A DNA stretch of 64,000 bases from a virus: the IMG/VR virus record IMGVR_UViG_3300027760_000838; one strand, written 5' to 3'. How positions within the stretch are numbered: position 1 is the stretch's first letter; each line of letters starts with the position of its first letter. Below, in pieces: positions 1 to 9,400 of the stretch. Below the pieces are notes generated by a model. It searched no databases. It was not told where the DNA came from and saw only the letters and a list, made by a program, of their open reading frames with translations. The position numbers and the translations under genes were made by a program.

Positions 1-237
1 TTCTACTTTGCCTTCCATTTCTTTTACTCGTGCTTGCCATTTGGCTTTCTCGCTGATACCGCCTTCGAACCAAACTCCGCTGACGATTAAAAATAATCCA
101 GCTAGATATGCTGCAAAACTATAGGTATATAGTGCGGGTAATTTTTTTATTATGGATGCTGCTATAATGCAGCTAACGCCTAAGAATATAATGGCATGAA
201 AGAACCAATCTGGAAGAAAACTTATTAACCAAAGCAT
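1..237 (-). CDS. Membrane protein, possibly Rz/i-spanin-like (runs off the window start)
   Basis: Hand translation from ATG at 237: MLWLISFLPDWFFHAIIFLGVSCIIAASIIKK...LFLIVSGVWFEGGISEKAKWQARVKEMEGKVE. Two hydrophobic segments, then a coiled coil. Not in the ORF track. Confidence 0.55.
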   Translation of the reverse strand, partial: MLWLISFLPDWFFHAIIFLGVSCIIAASIIKKLPALYTYSFAAYLAGLFLIVSGVWFEGGISEKAKWQARVKEMEGKVE

Positions 238-249
238 AGTTAAAATCCT

Positions 250-981
250 TTATTGTTTTTCTAAAACTACTGCATATCCTTCGTTTTCAAAAACAAAATT
301 GTTGTCAATTTTTGTAATATTATAATTGCCTAAATATTTAGTAAAGTATAGTGATTCTGAGATGGCACGAGCACTTACATCCATACGCCCTCCTAACCTA
401 TTATATACTTGATCAACAGGGCCAAAGTCTTTGATACGCATACATAAGTTTTCACTGAACATTTTTTTAAATGTTAGATCGTTTTCCAATGCTTCAATGT
501 TTTCCACATAGCTGCGATTGAAAAAATTTGAAAAGTTGTTTAATCTATTTTCTTGAACGGAAACAGCATAGCTTTCTTTATCTAATGGTACAATTTCTTT
601 AAATGATTCTGCATTAGCTGGATTAGTTCTAAAACTTTTATAGTATCTAAATCTAAAATTTTCAATGCCAGTTAATTTGCTTATGCCTTCTAATATTTCT
701 TCAATTCTTTCAGGCACGTGACGATTACGTTCTATCTCTACAAAAACCTTGTATTTGCCAGTATCTAAAGGGCCATCTGTGGCATCAGCGTCTACAATAT
801 AATCATAGCCTAGTTCTAAAAATCTAGCTAAATCATCTGCTGGCGGCTTGTCGTCTATGTTAAAACTTAGCACAACCATTTTCTGATCGTTGCCAATTTT
901 GCTTTTATAACTGTCGATTTCAAATACGCTACTGACCAAGTGCTTTAAGTCACCGGCTACCAGTGTTTCGTTTAGATTCAT
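250..981 (-). CDS. Hypothetical phage protein (243 aa)
   Basis: Long ORF with 4-nt stop/start overlap with the upstream gene; no motif recognised. Confidence 0.75.
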   Translation of the reverse strand: MNLNETLVAGDLKHLVSSVFEIDSYKSKIGNDQKMVVLSFNIDDKPPADDLARFLELGYDYIVDADATDGPLDTGKYKVFVEIERNRHVPERIEEILEGISKLTGIENFRFRYYKSFRTNPANAESFKEIVPLDKESYAVSVQENRLNNFSNFFNRSYVENIEALENDLTFKKMFSENLCMRIKDFGPVDQVYNRLGGRMDVSARAISESLYFTKYLGNYNITKIDNNFVFENEGYAVVLEKQ

Positions 982-1547
982 AGTGGTGGTGCTCCTCCAG
1001 CTGGTGCTGCTGCCGGCGCCCCTCCTGCTGGTGCTGCTGGTGGTGCTCCCCCTGCTGGTGGCGCTGCTACCCCTGCTGCTGGAGCCTTACTCTTTTCTGG
1101 AGTATCGCCTTTGCGTTCTTCTCTAATACGATCCATATAACTGTTAAAAATATCAAATACTAATTTTTTAGGCATAGAAATTTTTACAATCCAAATTGGT
1201 CGTGAATCTAATTTGCCTTTTTTTGTGCCAGGTCTAAAATCTTCTGGACTGCGAATTTTTCTTGGTTCAATGATTTCGCTCTTTTCATACTTTACTTTGC
1301 AGCCAAGTTGAATTAATCTACGTGCGCCATCTGGATCAGGTCTTTTTTTATTGGGCCACATAAATTCACAAGTAACCCAATGACGTTCGATTGTGGGACC
1401 GCTGACTAGTTCGCCGTCAAACCAGTTATCATAGACATAGACATCCATTTCATCTAGAACACGTTCAAAGTCTTTGAGTACAGCTAGGCTGCTATTGTTA
1501 TTATAAATGGTTTCTACGTTTTTAATAACGTCTAAAATATCTTTCAT
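978..1547 (-). CDS. Hypothetical phage protein with Pro/Ala/Gly-rich tail
   Basis: 189-aa ORF; GATAAATA late-like motif at 1573-1580 upstream. Confidence 0.75.
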   Translation of the reverse strand: MKDILDVIKNVETIYNNNSSLAVLKDFERVLDEMDVYVYDNWFDGELVSGPTIERHWVTCEFMWPNKKRPDPDGARRLIQLGCKVKYEKSEIIEPRKIRSPEDFRPGTKKGKLDSRPIWIVKISMPKKLVFDIFNSYMDRIREERKGDTPEKSKAPAAGVAAPPAGGAPPAAPAGGAPAAAPAGGAPPL

Positions 1548-1619
1548 AAAGGGCCCTTGAATTCTGCTTAGTTATTTATCAAACCCAGTTTGTCGACGGA
1601 GTAGATAATTTGATAGTAT

Positions 1620-1627
1620 TATAAATA
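1620..1627 (+). promoter_or_regulatory. T4-type late promoter TATAAATA upstream of phoH
   Basis: Exact T4 gp55 consensus about 70 nt before the phoH ATG. Confidence 0.6.
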
Positions 1628-1697
1628 AATTTGTAGGACCTCTGTAGTAATCGGGGCGGTCACTACAAGTCCTACTTCCCCAAGTAGGAGATACTAG

Positions 1698-2414
1698 ATG
1701 AGTAGAAGAGTGAAAAAACGCTTTGCTTCAAACGTGAATGTAATTGATTTTACAGCTTATAATCCGCAAAAGAAACAGCGAGTAGGCCTATATCCTCGCA
1801 GTGAAAGCCAAAAAATCTACATACAAAAGCTACAGGACGATGCTAATAGTATATTATTTGCCATAGGGCCAGCAGGCACCGGTAAAACTCTATTGGCTGT
1901 TCAAGCTGGAGTAAAGATGTTTCAAGAAGGCAAGGTAGATAAACTCATAGTAACTAGACCCGCCGTAAGTGTAGATGAAGACTTAGGGTTTTTGCCTGGT
2001 GACTTAAATGAAAAGATGGCACCATGGACCAGACCTATTTTTGATGTATTAGGAGAATATTATCAACAGAAAGACATCGCAGAAATGTTAAGTGAGGGCA
2101 TTATTGAAATAAGCCCATTGGCCTATATGAGAGGACGTACTTTTAAGAATTCCTGGATTATTGCTGATGAAATGCAAAATGCCACAACCAATCAAATGAA
2201 AATGCTCTTAACACGTTTAGGAGAAAATTCACGTATGATTGTAACAGGAGACTTGGCCCAAGCAGATAGACTTCAAGACAATGGTTTAATTGACTTTTGC
2301 AACCTACTAGGAAAGCATAAAAAATTAGAACACATTGATATTGTTCATTTTACCCAAAAGGATATTGAACGACATCAAGCAGTAAAGGAGGTCCTTTCCA
2401 TTTACGGAGATTAA
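1698..2414 (+). CDS. phoH: PhoH-family ATPase
   Basis: Walker A GPAGTGKT, RPAV, GFLPG, PLAYMRGRTF, DEMQN and GDLAQAD motifs; SD AGGAG at 1686-1690. Confidence 0.95.
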   Translation: MSRRVKKRFASNVNVIDFTAYNPQKKQRVGLYPRSESQKIYIQKLQDDANSILFAIGPAGTGKTLLAVQAGVKMFQEGKVDKLIVTRPAVSVDEDLGFLPGDLNEKMAPWTRPIFDVLGEYYQQKDIAEMLSEGIIEISPLAYMRGRTFKNSWIIADEMQNATTNQMKMLLTRLGENSRMIVTGDLAQADRLQDNGLIDFCNLLGKHKKLEHIDIVHFTQKDIERHQAVKEVLSIYGD

Positions 2415-2902
2415 AATATAGGATTTCCTTGGGCGTCCATCTCTATCCAAGTATGGTCGCCCAACCATTTAACTTTACAGATAAATTCATAATGAGTCGG
2501 TGGACCGCTGCTCCAATCATCGGGCCCATTATGTGTCAATATTGTGCATTTGTCTATATGGTTATAGGCCAGCCAATAGATCTGCCCATGATATATTTGA
2601 AAATTATATTTGGCACCATGCACTGCATCAGTAATTTCCAACCTACGTTTAATACTGGCAGCTTGTTTTTGTAATACACTGACCAGTTCCATGATTCGAT
2701 CATATTCTTGTTGAGCGTGCATTCTGGCCACATTGACCATGATATCTTTTTGTTTCTCAACAGGAATAAGATCAAACTTAGGACCGCCTGCTTCAGTTGG
2801 ATAAGGCGTGACATTTCTATTAAAAAATGTTACAAGTGAATCACCTACGGTGATATCGTAACTGTCACGTCCTTTAGATAGGTTTGATTTTTCTTCGCTC
2901 AT
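2411..2902 (-). CDS. DUF2452-like protein
   Basis: PYPTEAGGPKFDL...AKYNFQIYHGQIYWL pattern recalled from DUF2452 proteins. Confidence 0.65.
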   Translation of the reverse strand: MSEEKSNLSKGRDSYDITVGDSLVTFFNRNVTPYPTEAGGPKFDLIPVEKQKDIMVNVARMHAQQEYDRIMELVSVLQKQAASIKRRLEITDAVHGAKYNFQIYHGQIYWLAYNHIDKCTILTHNGPDDWSSGPPTHYEFICKVKWLGDHTWIEMDAQGNPIF

Positions 2903-3819
2903 TAAATGTGGGATAGTTTGATCATGGTGGCAGCAAGATTGATTTCTGGATCACTGACCAAGGTATGATCTACTAACCCCTGTTTAATAACAAGAATAGC
3001 CTTTTCTTGTTTGGCATCTTCTCCGAACAATTCCACATTATCGTAGAGCCAACGATAGATCTCTTCCATTTCTTCTGGTCTAGCCTGGCTACAAACTAAT
3101 TTACGAGCTTCGCCAATTTTGCCTGATTTAAACAAGGAAACCATTTCCACTCTATAGTCTGCGGATCCTGAGTCATTCTTTTCTGGAATACGTAAGACTC
3201 CGTCCAGGCTGTTCATTTGTATATTATTGATACATTTTCTTAGGTCAGGATAAGTGCCTTTAACCACACTATCTAATGTGTCAAGATCGAAATCGACATT
3301 TTCTTCCACTAAGATTGTGGCTACACGAGCAGTGAATTCAGTCAAGTCTGTCTTTTCAATATGTAAGGTTTGGCATCGACTATGAATGGGAGGTAAAATT
3401 CTGTTAGGATAGTTACAGGTTAAAATAAACCTTACACTACTTGTGTATTGCTCCATGAGATTACGCAAGGCCGGTTGTACAGATTGCGGATTCAAGTAGT
3501 CTGCTTCATCGATAAGCACAACCTTATAATCGCCAAATGGCATAGTAGAACAAAATCCAATAAGCTTATCTACCCATTCGATTTTTCTTCCTTCCTTTGA
3601 TCCATTTGCAAATAAGACGTCGACATCTTGAACATTTAATTTGTTCAATAAGATTTTAGCTAGAGTAGTTTTACCAACACCAGCATGACCACTGAATAAT
3701 AAATGTGGGATACTGCCCTCTTTAATCCAGTTTTCGATTTGATTCTTTTGATGATCATCTTTAAACACATAACCATCTAGTGTGTTAGGACGATACTTTT
3801 CAACCCAAAGTTCTTTCAT
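2902..3819 (-). CDS. Sliding-clamp loader subunit (T4 gp44/RFC small subunit-like AAA+)
   Basis: LWVEKYRP, Walker A GHAGVGKTT, IDEAD, SRC motif. Confidence 0.93.
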   Translation of the reverse strand: MKELWVEKYRPNTLDGYVFKDDHQKNQIENWIKEGSIPHLLFSGHAGVGKTTLAKILLNKLNVQDVDVLFANGSKEGRKIEWVDKLIGFCSTMPFGDYKVVLIDEADYLNPQSVQPALRNLMEQYTSSVRFILTCNYPNRILPPIHSRCQTLHIEKTDLTEFTARVATILVEENVDFDLDTLDSVVKGTYPDLRKCINNIQMNSLDGVLRIPEKNDSGSADYRVEMVSLFKSGKIGEARKLVCSQARPEEMEEIYRWLYDNVELFGEDAKQEKAILVIKQGLVDHTLVSDPEINLAATMIKLSHI

Positions 3820-3839
3820 AATTGCCTCTCTGTGCAGCT

Positions 3840-3868
3840 ATTATACAGAAAAAAATAGGGCCAGTCAA
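3840..3868 (-). promoter_or_regulatory. Sigma70-type promoter TTGACT-N17-TATAAT for the clamp loader
   Basis: Near-consensus hexamers with 17-nt spacing; overlaps the groES terminator. Confidence 0.7.
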
Positions 3869-3878
3869 TGGCCCTATT
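3849..3878 (-). terminator. Intrinsic terminator after groES
   Basis: 10-bp stem AATAGGGCCA/TGGCCCTATT, 5-nt loop, then a U-tract. Confidence 0.8.
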
Positions 3879-3894
3879 CGCCAACCAAATTATT

Positions 3895-4215
3895 TTAAAA
3901 TTCACTAGGTTGTTCATCGGCCATGGCCAGAATACAGTCATTATCGATTTTACGTATGGTTGTAATAGAACCATCTTCGTTTTCCACTTCGATGCCTCTT
4001 GTCCAACGTCCGTGTTCAATAAGAACCCATTCGCCTAATTTAACTTCATTCTGCTCGGGACCCACAGCGTAAACTCGGCCCCAACGTGGTCGAATACCTT
4101 CTGTTTTGCCGTCATCACTGTTGAGTATAATGCCACCGGCAGTTACCCTGGCATCGAAATTCATGTCTGCAACCAGTACTGTATCTCTAATAGGTTTTAG
4201 TTGTCCTTTTACCAT
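3895..4215 (-). CDS. groES: Co-chaperonin GroES/Cpn10
   Basis: LKPIRDTVLV, TAGGIIL mobile loop, GRVYAVGP, VKLGEWVL. Confidence 0.88.
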   Translation of the reverse strand: MVKGQLKPIRDTVLVADMNFDARVTAGGIILNSDDGKTEGIRPRWGRVYAVGPEQNEVKLGEWVLIEHGRWTRGIEVENEDGSITTIRKIDNDCILAMADEQPSEF

Positions 4216-4224
4216 ATGTTCCTC

Positions 4225-4434
4225 TTATTTTGTATTGCCTTTGTAATATTCCTGCATGACGTCTTCACGCTTGCGAATGATTTTGCCCCCAGGACCAATT
4301 TCATCTCCCCGAGCATTTACTCTAGCATTGCCTACAGCCAATGCTAGTTCGTTTTGATTTCTTAGTTTTTCCATGTCGACTTCAGTGCCTAACATGCTTC
4401 TATAACTTTTTCTTGCTGTTTCTTTCATTGACAT
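4225..4434 (-). CDS. Hypothetical protein (69 aa)
   Basis: SD AGGAG upstream; in operon context. Confidence 0.7.
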   Translation of the reverse strand: MSMKETARKSYRSMLGTEVDMEKLRNQNELALAVGNARVNARGDEIGPGGKIIRKREDVMQEYYKGNTK

Positions 4435-4446
4435 AATAATTCTCCT

Positions 4447-4938
4447 TTATCTTAGAAATTCCTTCCAGTCTAGATCGTATTTAATACTATCTATACGATG
4501 TACTCCTAATAGGAATAGCACATAACTGGCCACGCTACTTCCCCTGCCTACGCCCCAAACTATGTTATTGGCTCTGCAGGTGTCTACTACATATTTAAGC
4601 CAACGAAGTAGATCGAACATATTTCTATTTTCATATTCGGTTAATTCTTCCACTGCTCTTTGGAATTGATCTTCGCTGGCAGTTTGATCTAATACAAATT
4701 CTACTATATTAAAGTTTTTATATTCGTTGGGCATAAACCATTCACTTTGACAAATCTTGTCAAATTCTTCAACTTCTATGTTATAGATTTTGGAGTCTAT
4801 TTTTTTAGTCGGCAAATTGCTGAATTCTTCGTTGTCTTCTGTGTAAATTTTGCTTAATAAATGATCTTTATTGGAGTAGATCAGTTCTACTAGATCATTG
4901 ACATCGTAGATCACATTGCCGAATTTGTCAGTTCTCAT
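4447..4938 (-). CDS. Stand-alone DNA polymerase III alpha (DnaE)-like fragment
   Basis: WGVGRGSSVASYVLFLLGVHRIDSIKYDLDWKEFLR matches the DnaE GxGRGS...LGIT.IDP...L.FERFL segment; stops before the catalytic DxD. Confidence 0.75.
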   Translation of the reverse strand: MRTDKFGNVIYDVNDLVELIYSNKDHLLSKIYTEDNEEFSNLPTKKIDSKIYNIEVEEFDKICQSEWFMPNEYKNFNIVEFVLDQTASEDQFQRAVEELTEYENRNMFDLLRWLKYVVDTCRANNIVWGVGRGSSVASYVLFLLGVHRIDSIKYDLDWKEFLR

Positions 4939-4947
4939 CCAGCTATT

Positions 4948-5175
4948 TTAGTTGACATTGATCAGTTTGTCAAGTCCTTTATTGCTTTTTTGAAACTGTT
5001 TCTCCCAGGCTAGAGCTCGTCTATTAGATAGTTCTTCTTTATGAATGTTTAAAAAACTTAATATTTGCAGTTGAATTTCAGGGTTATGTGTCATAAAGTA
5101 TTTACGACTGAGATCTTGAATTTTTTGTTCTATTTCGCTGTCTGTGAGTTTACTAATGCTGATCAAAGGGTTCAT
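4948..5175 (-). CDS. Hypothetical protein (75 aa)
   Basis: Tightly packed ORF, helical composition. Confidence 0.65.
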   Translation of the reverse strand: MNPLISISKLTDSEIEQKIQDLSRKYFMTHNPEIQLQILSFLNIHKEELSNRRALAWEKQFQKSNKGLDKLINVN

Positions 5176-5750
5176 ACAAATTCGCCTAGATATTTAATAT
5201 AAACAGTTACTCCCCCATCGTAACTCCAGGCATCGATAACTTTTTCAGCACCTGAAGTTGAAACTGTAAATGGACTGGGAAATGGAGCACCGTCTCCAGC
5301 ATATTTAATAGTACCCTGGCCATCTGTGGCAAATATTATTGTATGATCGGATACATTATCACCACACAGATGTAGCCTAATTCTATGGTTTTTACCAGTG
5401 CTACCAATATTAGGCCAACCAGTTAATCGTAGTGTGCTATTGGAGGTAAATCTTAATTTTTGAACCTGTGCTTCAGTAACTGATGCTGTGACACTCACTC
5501 CGGAAACATTGCCTTTATTTCTAAAAAATTCAGACATATTATTTACAATGAGATTCTGTAGAATATGCCCATCGAAATTATTGTCAGAATTAAGTTTAGC
5601 AGTATTATTTTCTAAAGTTGTTATTTCCACCTTAGCAGTGGCTAGTCCTTGTTTAATATATAAAAAATTATCTCGAAACCCTTGACTAGGATTATCTTGC
5701 CCTTGAACAGGAAACGATTCATTTATATTATTTGCAGCTATATTGCTCAT
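5172..5750 (-). CDS. Putative virion structural protein
   Basis: QDNPSQGFRDNF N-terminus with coiled coil, then a beta-rich C-terminus; lies in the structural operon. Confidence 0.65.
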   Translation of the reverse strand: MSNIAANNINESFPVQGQDNPSQGFRDNFLYIKQGLATAKVEITTLENNTAKLNSDNNFDGHILQNLIVNNMSEFFRNKGNVSGVSVTASVTEAQVQKLRFTSNSTLRLTGWPNIGSTGKNHRIRLHLCGDNVSDHTIIFATDGQGTIKYAGDGAPFPSPFTVSTSGAEKVIDAWSYDGGVTVYIKYLGEFV

Positions 5751-8173
5751 AGAGTTACCCCGTTGTTTTTAAACACAAGATATTTATCACCATAATTTTG
5801 TTCTCCACTACGTGGAATTACAGCATCTATAATATAACGGTCTACAGTAAAATCTAAGTCTTTAAAATCAAACCCAGTGGTTTGTTGATAATTTTTTATG
5901 TTCAACACAATTTCTTCTCCATACCCAGGTTTGCAATAACATAAGGGCAAGGCCAAAACAAATCCTAGTTCCTGTCTAGTATCATCTTGAAAGCTACGCA
6001 TCCATAATGGCAGGTAATTACGTTCAGTTAGGAATTTCTCAACAATTACATTTGGGTTTAGAGGATCAGTTACTTGCCAATTCTTAAGCCTGTCCCTCCA
6101 ATTTAAATAGCTGTTAGGAAAACGTATACGACCATTTGGATCACTGGACAATATGGACGTTTGATCTACTGTGATAATATCGTTTGGTCTTGGTGTGTAT
6201 GGCTCGTTACCTGATATATACGATTCTTTCCATAGTCTGTTACTGGCATCGACTGTAACAGGGGTAGGATTTTTGCTTAATTTTTTTAATTTTATTGGTA
6301 ATTTTTTCTTTTGAATATCGAATGCGTCTACGAGCTCTACATAGACTATATCATAGACATGAGTTTCTGTGCCAGGTACTTTGGCCTGTGCTGTTTTAAC
6401 TGCACCGAATTGAAATCTTTTTTTCTTATTATTGATCCCCATTGCACCTACATAGGTTTTTGCTTGTTTGGTCTCAATGCCAGCATATATTAATGCTCTA
6501 AGATCTCGACGAACTCCAAAATTAGGATCATTTAATCTATAAATGTATTCTCTGACAAATACAGATTCGTCATTTACTAATTTTTCATACATGGCTCTTT
6601 TACTTGTTTCCGGAGTTGGGTTAAAAGGATCTAAATATGTGCTGATAAAAATGTTGCTATATAGTCTATCATTAGGAGTATTAATGAAAATTTCAAATTC
6701 TTTATCAATGGCGCTATAGTGTACTTGATCTTGGGCACGAATAATAAATTTGTAACGTCTATCCACAGTTGTTTCGTTACCGTCTAAAGTAAGGGAGTTA
6801 TTATCAAAGGTTATTATACCTTTTATCATATCGCCGTTGCCATATTGTTGAACTTTTCCAATTATTTCGCCGCGCAAATCCAACGATAATCCAGGGGGAA
6901 GTTCGCCACTGATTAATTGATAGATTATATCTGCATCGGCTAATGTACTAGCAGCTTGAACTTTTAGAGTACTTACATAATTAGCATCTATCATGCCTAA
7001 ATTATCTGGGCTAACCCAGGACATTATACTATTAACGTCACCTAAAAGTTTAATAGTGAATGTTCTTTCGCTGGGAGATGCTTCTCCTTTTTTGCCATAC
7101 CTAGTAGCAGTAATTGTAAAATTATAAATTTTAGATATAGCTGATTGATAAGGGATTAGGCCGAATAATTCTCCATTGACAGCGTCCAAGCTCATTCCTG
7201 GTGGTAGTAAACTAGCAGAACTGTCGGGGTTATTATCTTCTAACTTATAGTTTACTACACCCGCTTCTAATGCTTCGTAGATATCTAATTTAATTATGCT
7301 ATAATTATTGGCTCTAATAGTGCCTAAATCTGGTTTAGTATACCATATAGGTGCTCTTACACCACTACCAGCGGCAGTATATGTGCCATTCCCTGCACTC
7401 ATAATGGTATTATCAGCACGTAGAAAATCGTCACCTATTACATAGATTCTAAATTTTCTTCTAATAATATTATCACCGTCACTCACCGTGATAATAAATT
7501 CATAATTCCTGTTTAATTTTTTTGGTCCTATTGATGGCAAAGAATAATCATAATTTATGCTGTCGAATTTAAAACTGTCAAACCCGTTATCAGGTTTTAG
7601 TCCGTAATCAAACCCGTGTATGTCATAGACGTTTTTATCAAAATTACCATTTCTCTGGCTTAATGGTATGGCCAGTAAAGGTTCAATAAATCCAGTTATA
7701 CGTCCAGACTCATCCATAGTTAGACCAGGTGGTAAAGATCCATCCCCACTGCTGATAAAAAATTTCAATTTTTGGCCAGCAGCTTCATCAAAATCTACTG
7801 CGGTTATTTGAAAATCTACCGGACTAGAATCTAGTATAAAGTATGTGCTATTTGGCCCAATAGGTAATAATCCAGGAGGATTAATGATTAATGGCACATT
7901 GGGACCTTGAATAGTGATTTTATAAGTTCTGTCAGCAAAATCACTGTCGGTGCTAGCTCTTAGACAGAATTCAAAAATAGTGTCTTTGACCACTTCTAGT
8001 GGAACACCTATCAAATTGTTATCTTTTAACCTTAATCCTGGTGGTATCTTGCCGGATATTACTCGAAAATTTATACCAGTGGGGTCAGTAGTAGGCAAAA
8101 GAACTTCTACATTGGATCTTTCCTGATAGCTTCCTAAGTTAAATCCAGATTTTTCTGTCCAAATTTCCAGCAT
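5747..8173 (-). CDS. Virion/baseplate protein with repeated putative Ig-like domains
   Basis: Four xPPGL/MxL-type Ig motifs (SGKIPPGLRL, LPPGLTMD, LPPGMSL, GELPPGLSL); TATAAATA at 8192-8199. Confidence 0.7.
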   Translation of the reverse strand: MLEIWTEKSGFNLGSYQERSNVEVLLPTTDPTGINFRVISGKIPPGLRLKDNNLIGVPLEVVKDTIFEFCLRASTDSDFADRTYKITIQGPNVPLIINPPGLLPIGPNSTYFILDSSPVDFQITAVDFDEAAGQKLKFFISSGDGSLPPGLTMDESGRITGFIEPLLAIPLSQRNGNFDKNVYDIHGFDYGLKPDNGFDSFKFDSINYDYSLPSIGPKKLNRNYEFIITVSDGDNIIRRKFRIYVIGDDFLRADNTIMSAGNGTYTAAGSGVRAPIWYTKPDLGTIRANNYSIIKLDIYEALEAGVVNYKLEDNNPDSSASLLPPGMSLDAVNGELFGLIPYQSAISKIYNFTITATRYGKKGEASPSERTFTIKLLGDVNSIMSWVSPDNLGMIDANYVSTLKVQAASTLADADIIYQLISGELPPGLSLDLRGEIIGKVQQYGNGDMIKGIITFDNNSLTLDGNETTVDRRYKFIIRAQDQVHYSAIDKEFEIFINTPNDRLYSNIFISTYLDPFNPTPETSKRAMYEKLVNDESVFVREYIYRLNDPNFGVRRDLRALIYAGIETKQAKTYVGAMGINNKKKRFQFGAVKTAQAKVPGTETHVYDIVYVELVDAFDIQKKKLPIKLKKLSKNPTPVTVDASNRLWKESYISGNEPYTPRPNDIITVDQTSILSSDPNGRIRFPNSYLNWRDRLKNWQVTDPLNPNVIVEKFLTERNYLPLWMRSFQDDTRQELGFVLALPLCYCKPGYGEEIVLNIKNYQQTTGFDFKDLDFTVDRYIIDAVIPRSGEQNYGDKYLVFKNNGVTL

Positions 8174-8208
8174 AATATTATCCTATAGTTATATTTATAG
8201 GATTTTGG

Positions 8209-8886
8209 TTAGCTGTTTTTGTCCCTTATTATAGGCATTATGGTGTTACTACCACCATATGGTTGTGCTGAACCGGGCATGATACCTAATTTTAATCGAT
8301 GTTTCTTTGCTATTAAAGGAAAACTTAATTGATCTCTACTGCTATGTTTACAGATAAATTCCCACCAAGTTAATAACGCTGCTTGTACTTTGGGGGTATT
8401 AGCATAGACCAAACTGGTTAATTCATAAAGTCCGGCGTTTCTAGGCCAATTAGTGCGATTAAAATAGTCTAATGTACTGGCTAATGAATCGCCGGTGTCA
8501 AAATTTATTCGTCCAAGTAAGTCTATTTCGTCGTAAACACAATTTCTTATGGCATGTTTCCATACAGCCATGTCTTTGTCTTTAACATGAGTGTTGATTA
8601 GTTCTTCTGGATCTGTTTGTAGTTCACAATGATGATCATGCCAAATATAGTAATCGTATCCAGGTAGTAAAAGAAACCCTAATACTTTGGGTAATTTGGC
8701 ATTACGTCTAGGATAGAAGTATGAATCTAAACTAAAGTCTAATAAAGGTTGTTGTTGCCAAACTTTACAGTTGTGTTCGCGATCAACAAAGGCATAATAA
8801 TCGGCGTTGGCATATCCGCCATTGGCGGGATCTTGAATACTAGCGCCACTTAGTCCACTAACGCCAGTTATAACAGCAATTTTCAT
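8209..8886 (-). CDS. DUF616 (TOD1/MUCI70-like) glycosyltransferase-domain protein
   Basis: RNAKLPKVL, YIWHD, KHAIRNCVYDE, WW...SSRDQLSFP. Confidence 0.75.
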   Translation of the reverse strand: MKIAVITGVSGLSGASIQDPANGGYANADYYAFVDREHNCKVWQQQPLLDFSLDSYFYPRRNAKLPKVLGFLLLPGYDYYIWHDHHCELQTDPEELINTHVKDKDMAVWKHAIRNCVYDEIDLLGRINFDTGDSLASTLDYFNRTNWPRNAGLYELTSLVYANTPKVQAALLTWWEFICKHSSRDQLSFPLIAKKHRLKLGIMPGSAQPYGGSNTIMPIIRDKNS

Positions 8887-8888
8887 AG

Positions 8889-9377
8889 TTACTCGGCAAA
8901 GCCTCCGTCAATAACTACTCCTTCGTCTAAATTAAAAATTGTAGCTGCACCACCACCGTCTACTCCTGTTACACTGGCATCGACCATTCCTGGGGTCCAT
9001 TCTGTACCATTCCATACTAGGCTTTGTCCAGCAACTACATCTTCTGGAATAACCACATCACTTAATTCATCTAACTTATGGTCACTTATATCGCTAATTT
9101 GTCCAATAAAACGATCGGCAGTTACATTGCCAACTACTACTACTCCATCACCGCCAGGCTGGATACTAATTGTTCCGTAACTTGATAAATTGTATCCGTT
9201 TAGGTCTAGATCCCCGCCCAATCTTGGTTCTGTATCTTCGCTTAATGATGAAGGAAAATTTGTTTCAATGTTGTCAAAGTTAATGTTAACTTTGGCAAAT
9301 GCAGTACGGAGGTCATCGCCTGTGCCATCATTGGCATAGTCACCGAGATTAATAGTTTGCAGTGATAGTTGGCTCAT
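8889..9377 (-). CDS. Baseplate/fibre protein with T4 gp9/gp10-like N-terminus
   Basis: INLGDYANDGTGDDLRTAFAKVNINF motif. Confidence 0.75.
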   Translation of the reverse strand: MSQLSLQTINLGDYANDGTGDDLRTAFAKVNINFDNIETNFPSSLSEDTEPRLGGDLDLNGYNLSSYGTISIQPGGDGVVVVGNVTADRFIGQISDISDHKLDELSDVVIPEDVVAGQSLVWNGTEWTPGMVDASVTGVDGGGAATIFNLDEGVVIDGGFAE

Positions 9378-9400
9378 ACGATATATTTACCCTAGGTTAG

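Noticed and set aside
978-1100. GCT/GGT-rich repeats at the end of the 189-aa gene
   Set aside because: Simple Pro/Ala/Gly low-complexity tail, not an independent repeat element
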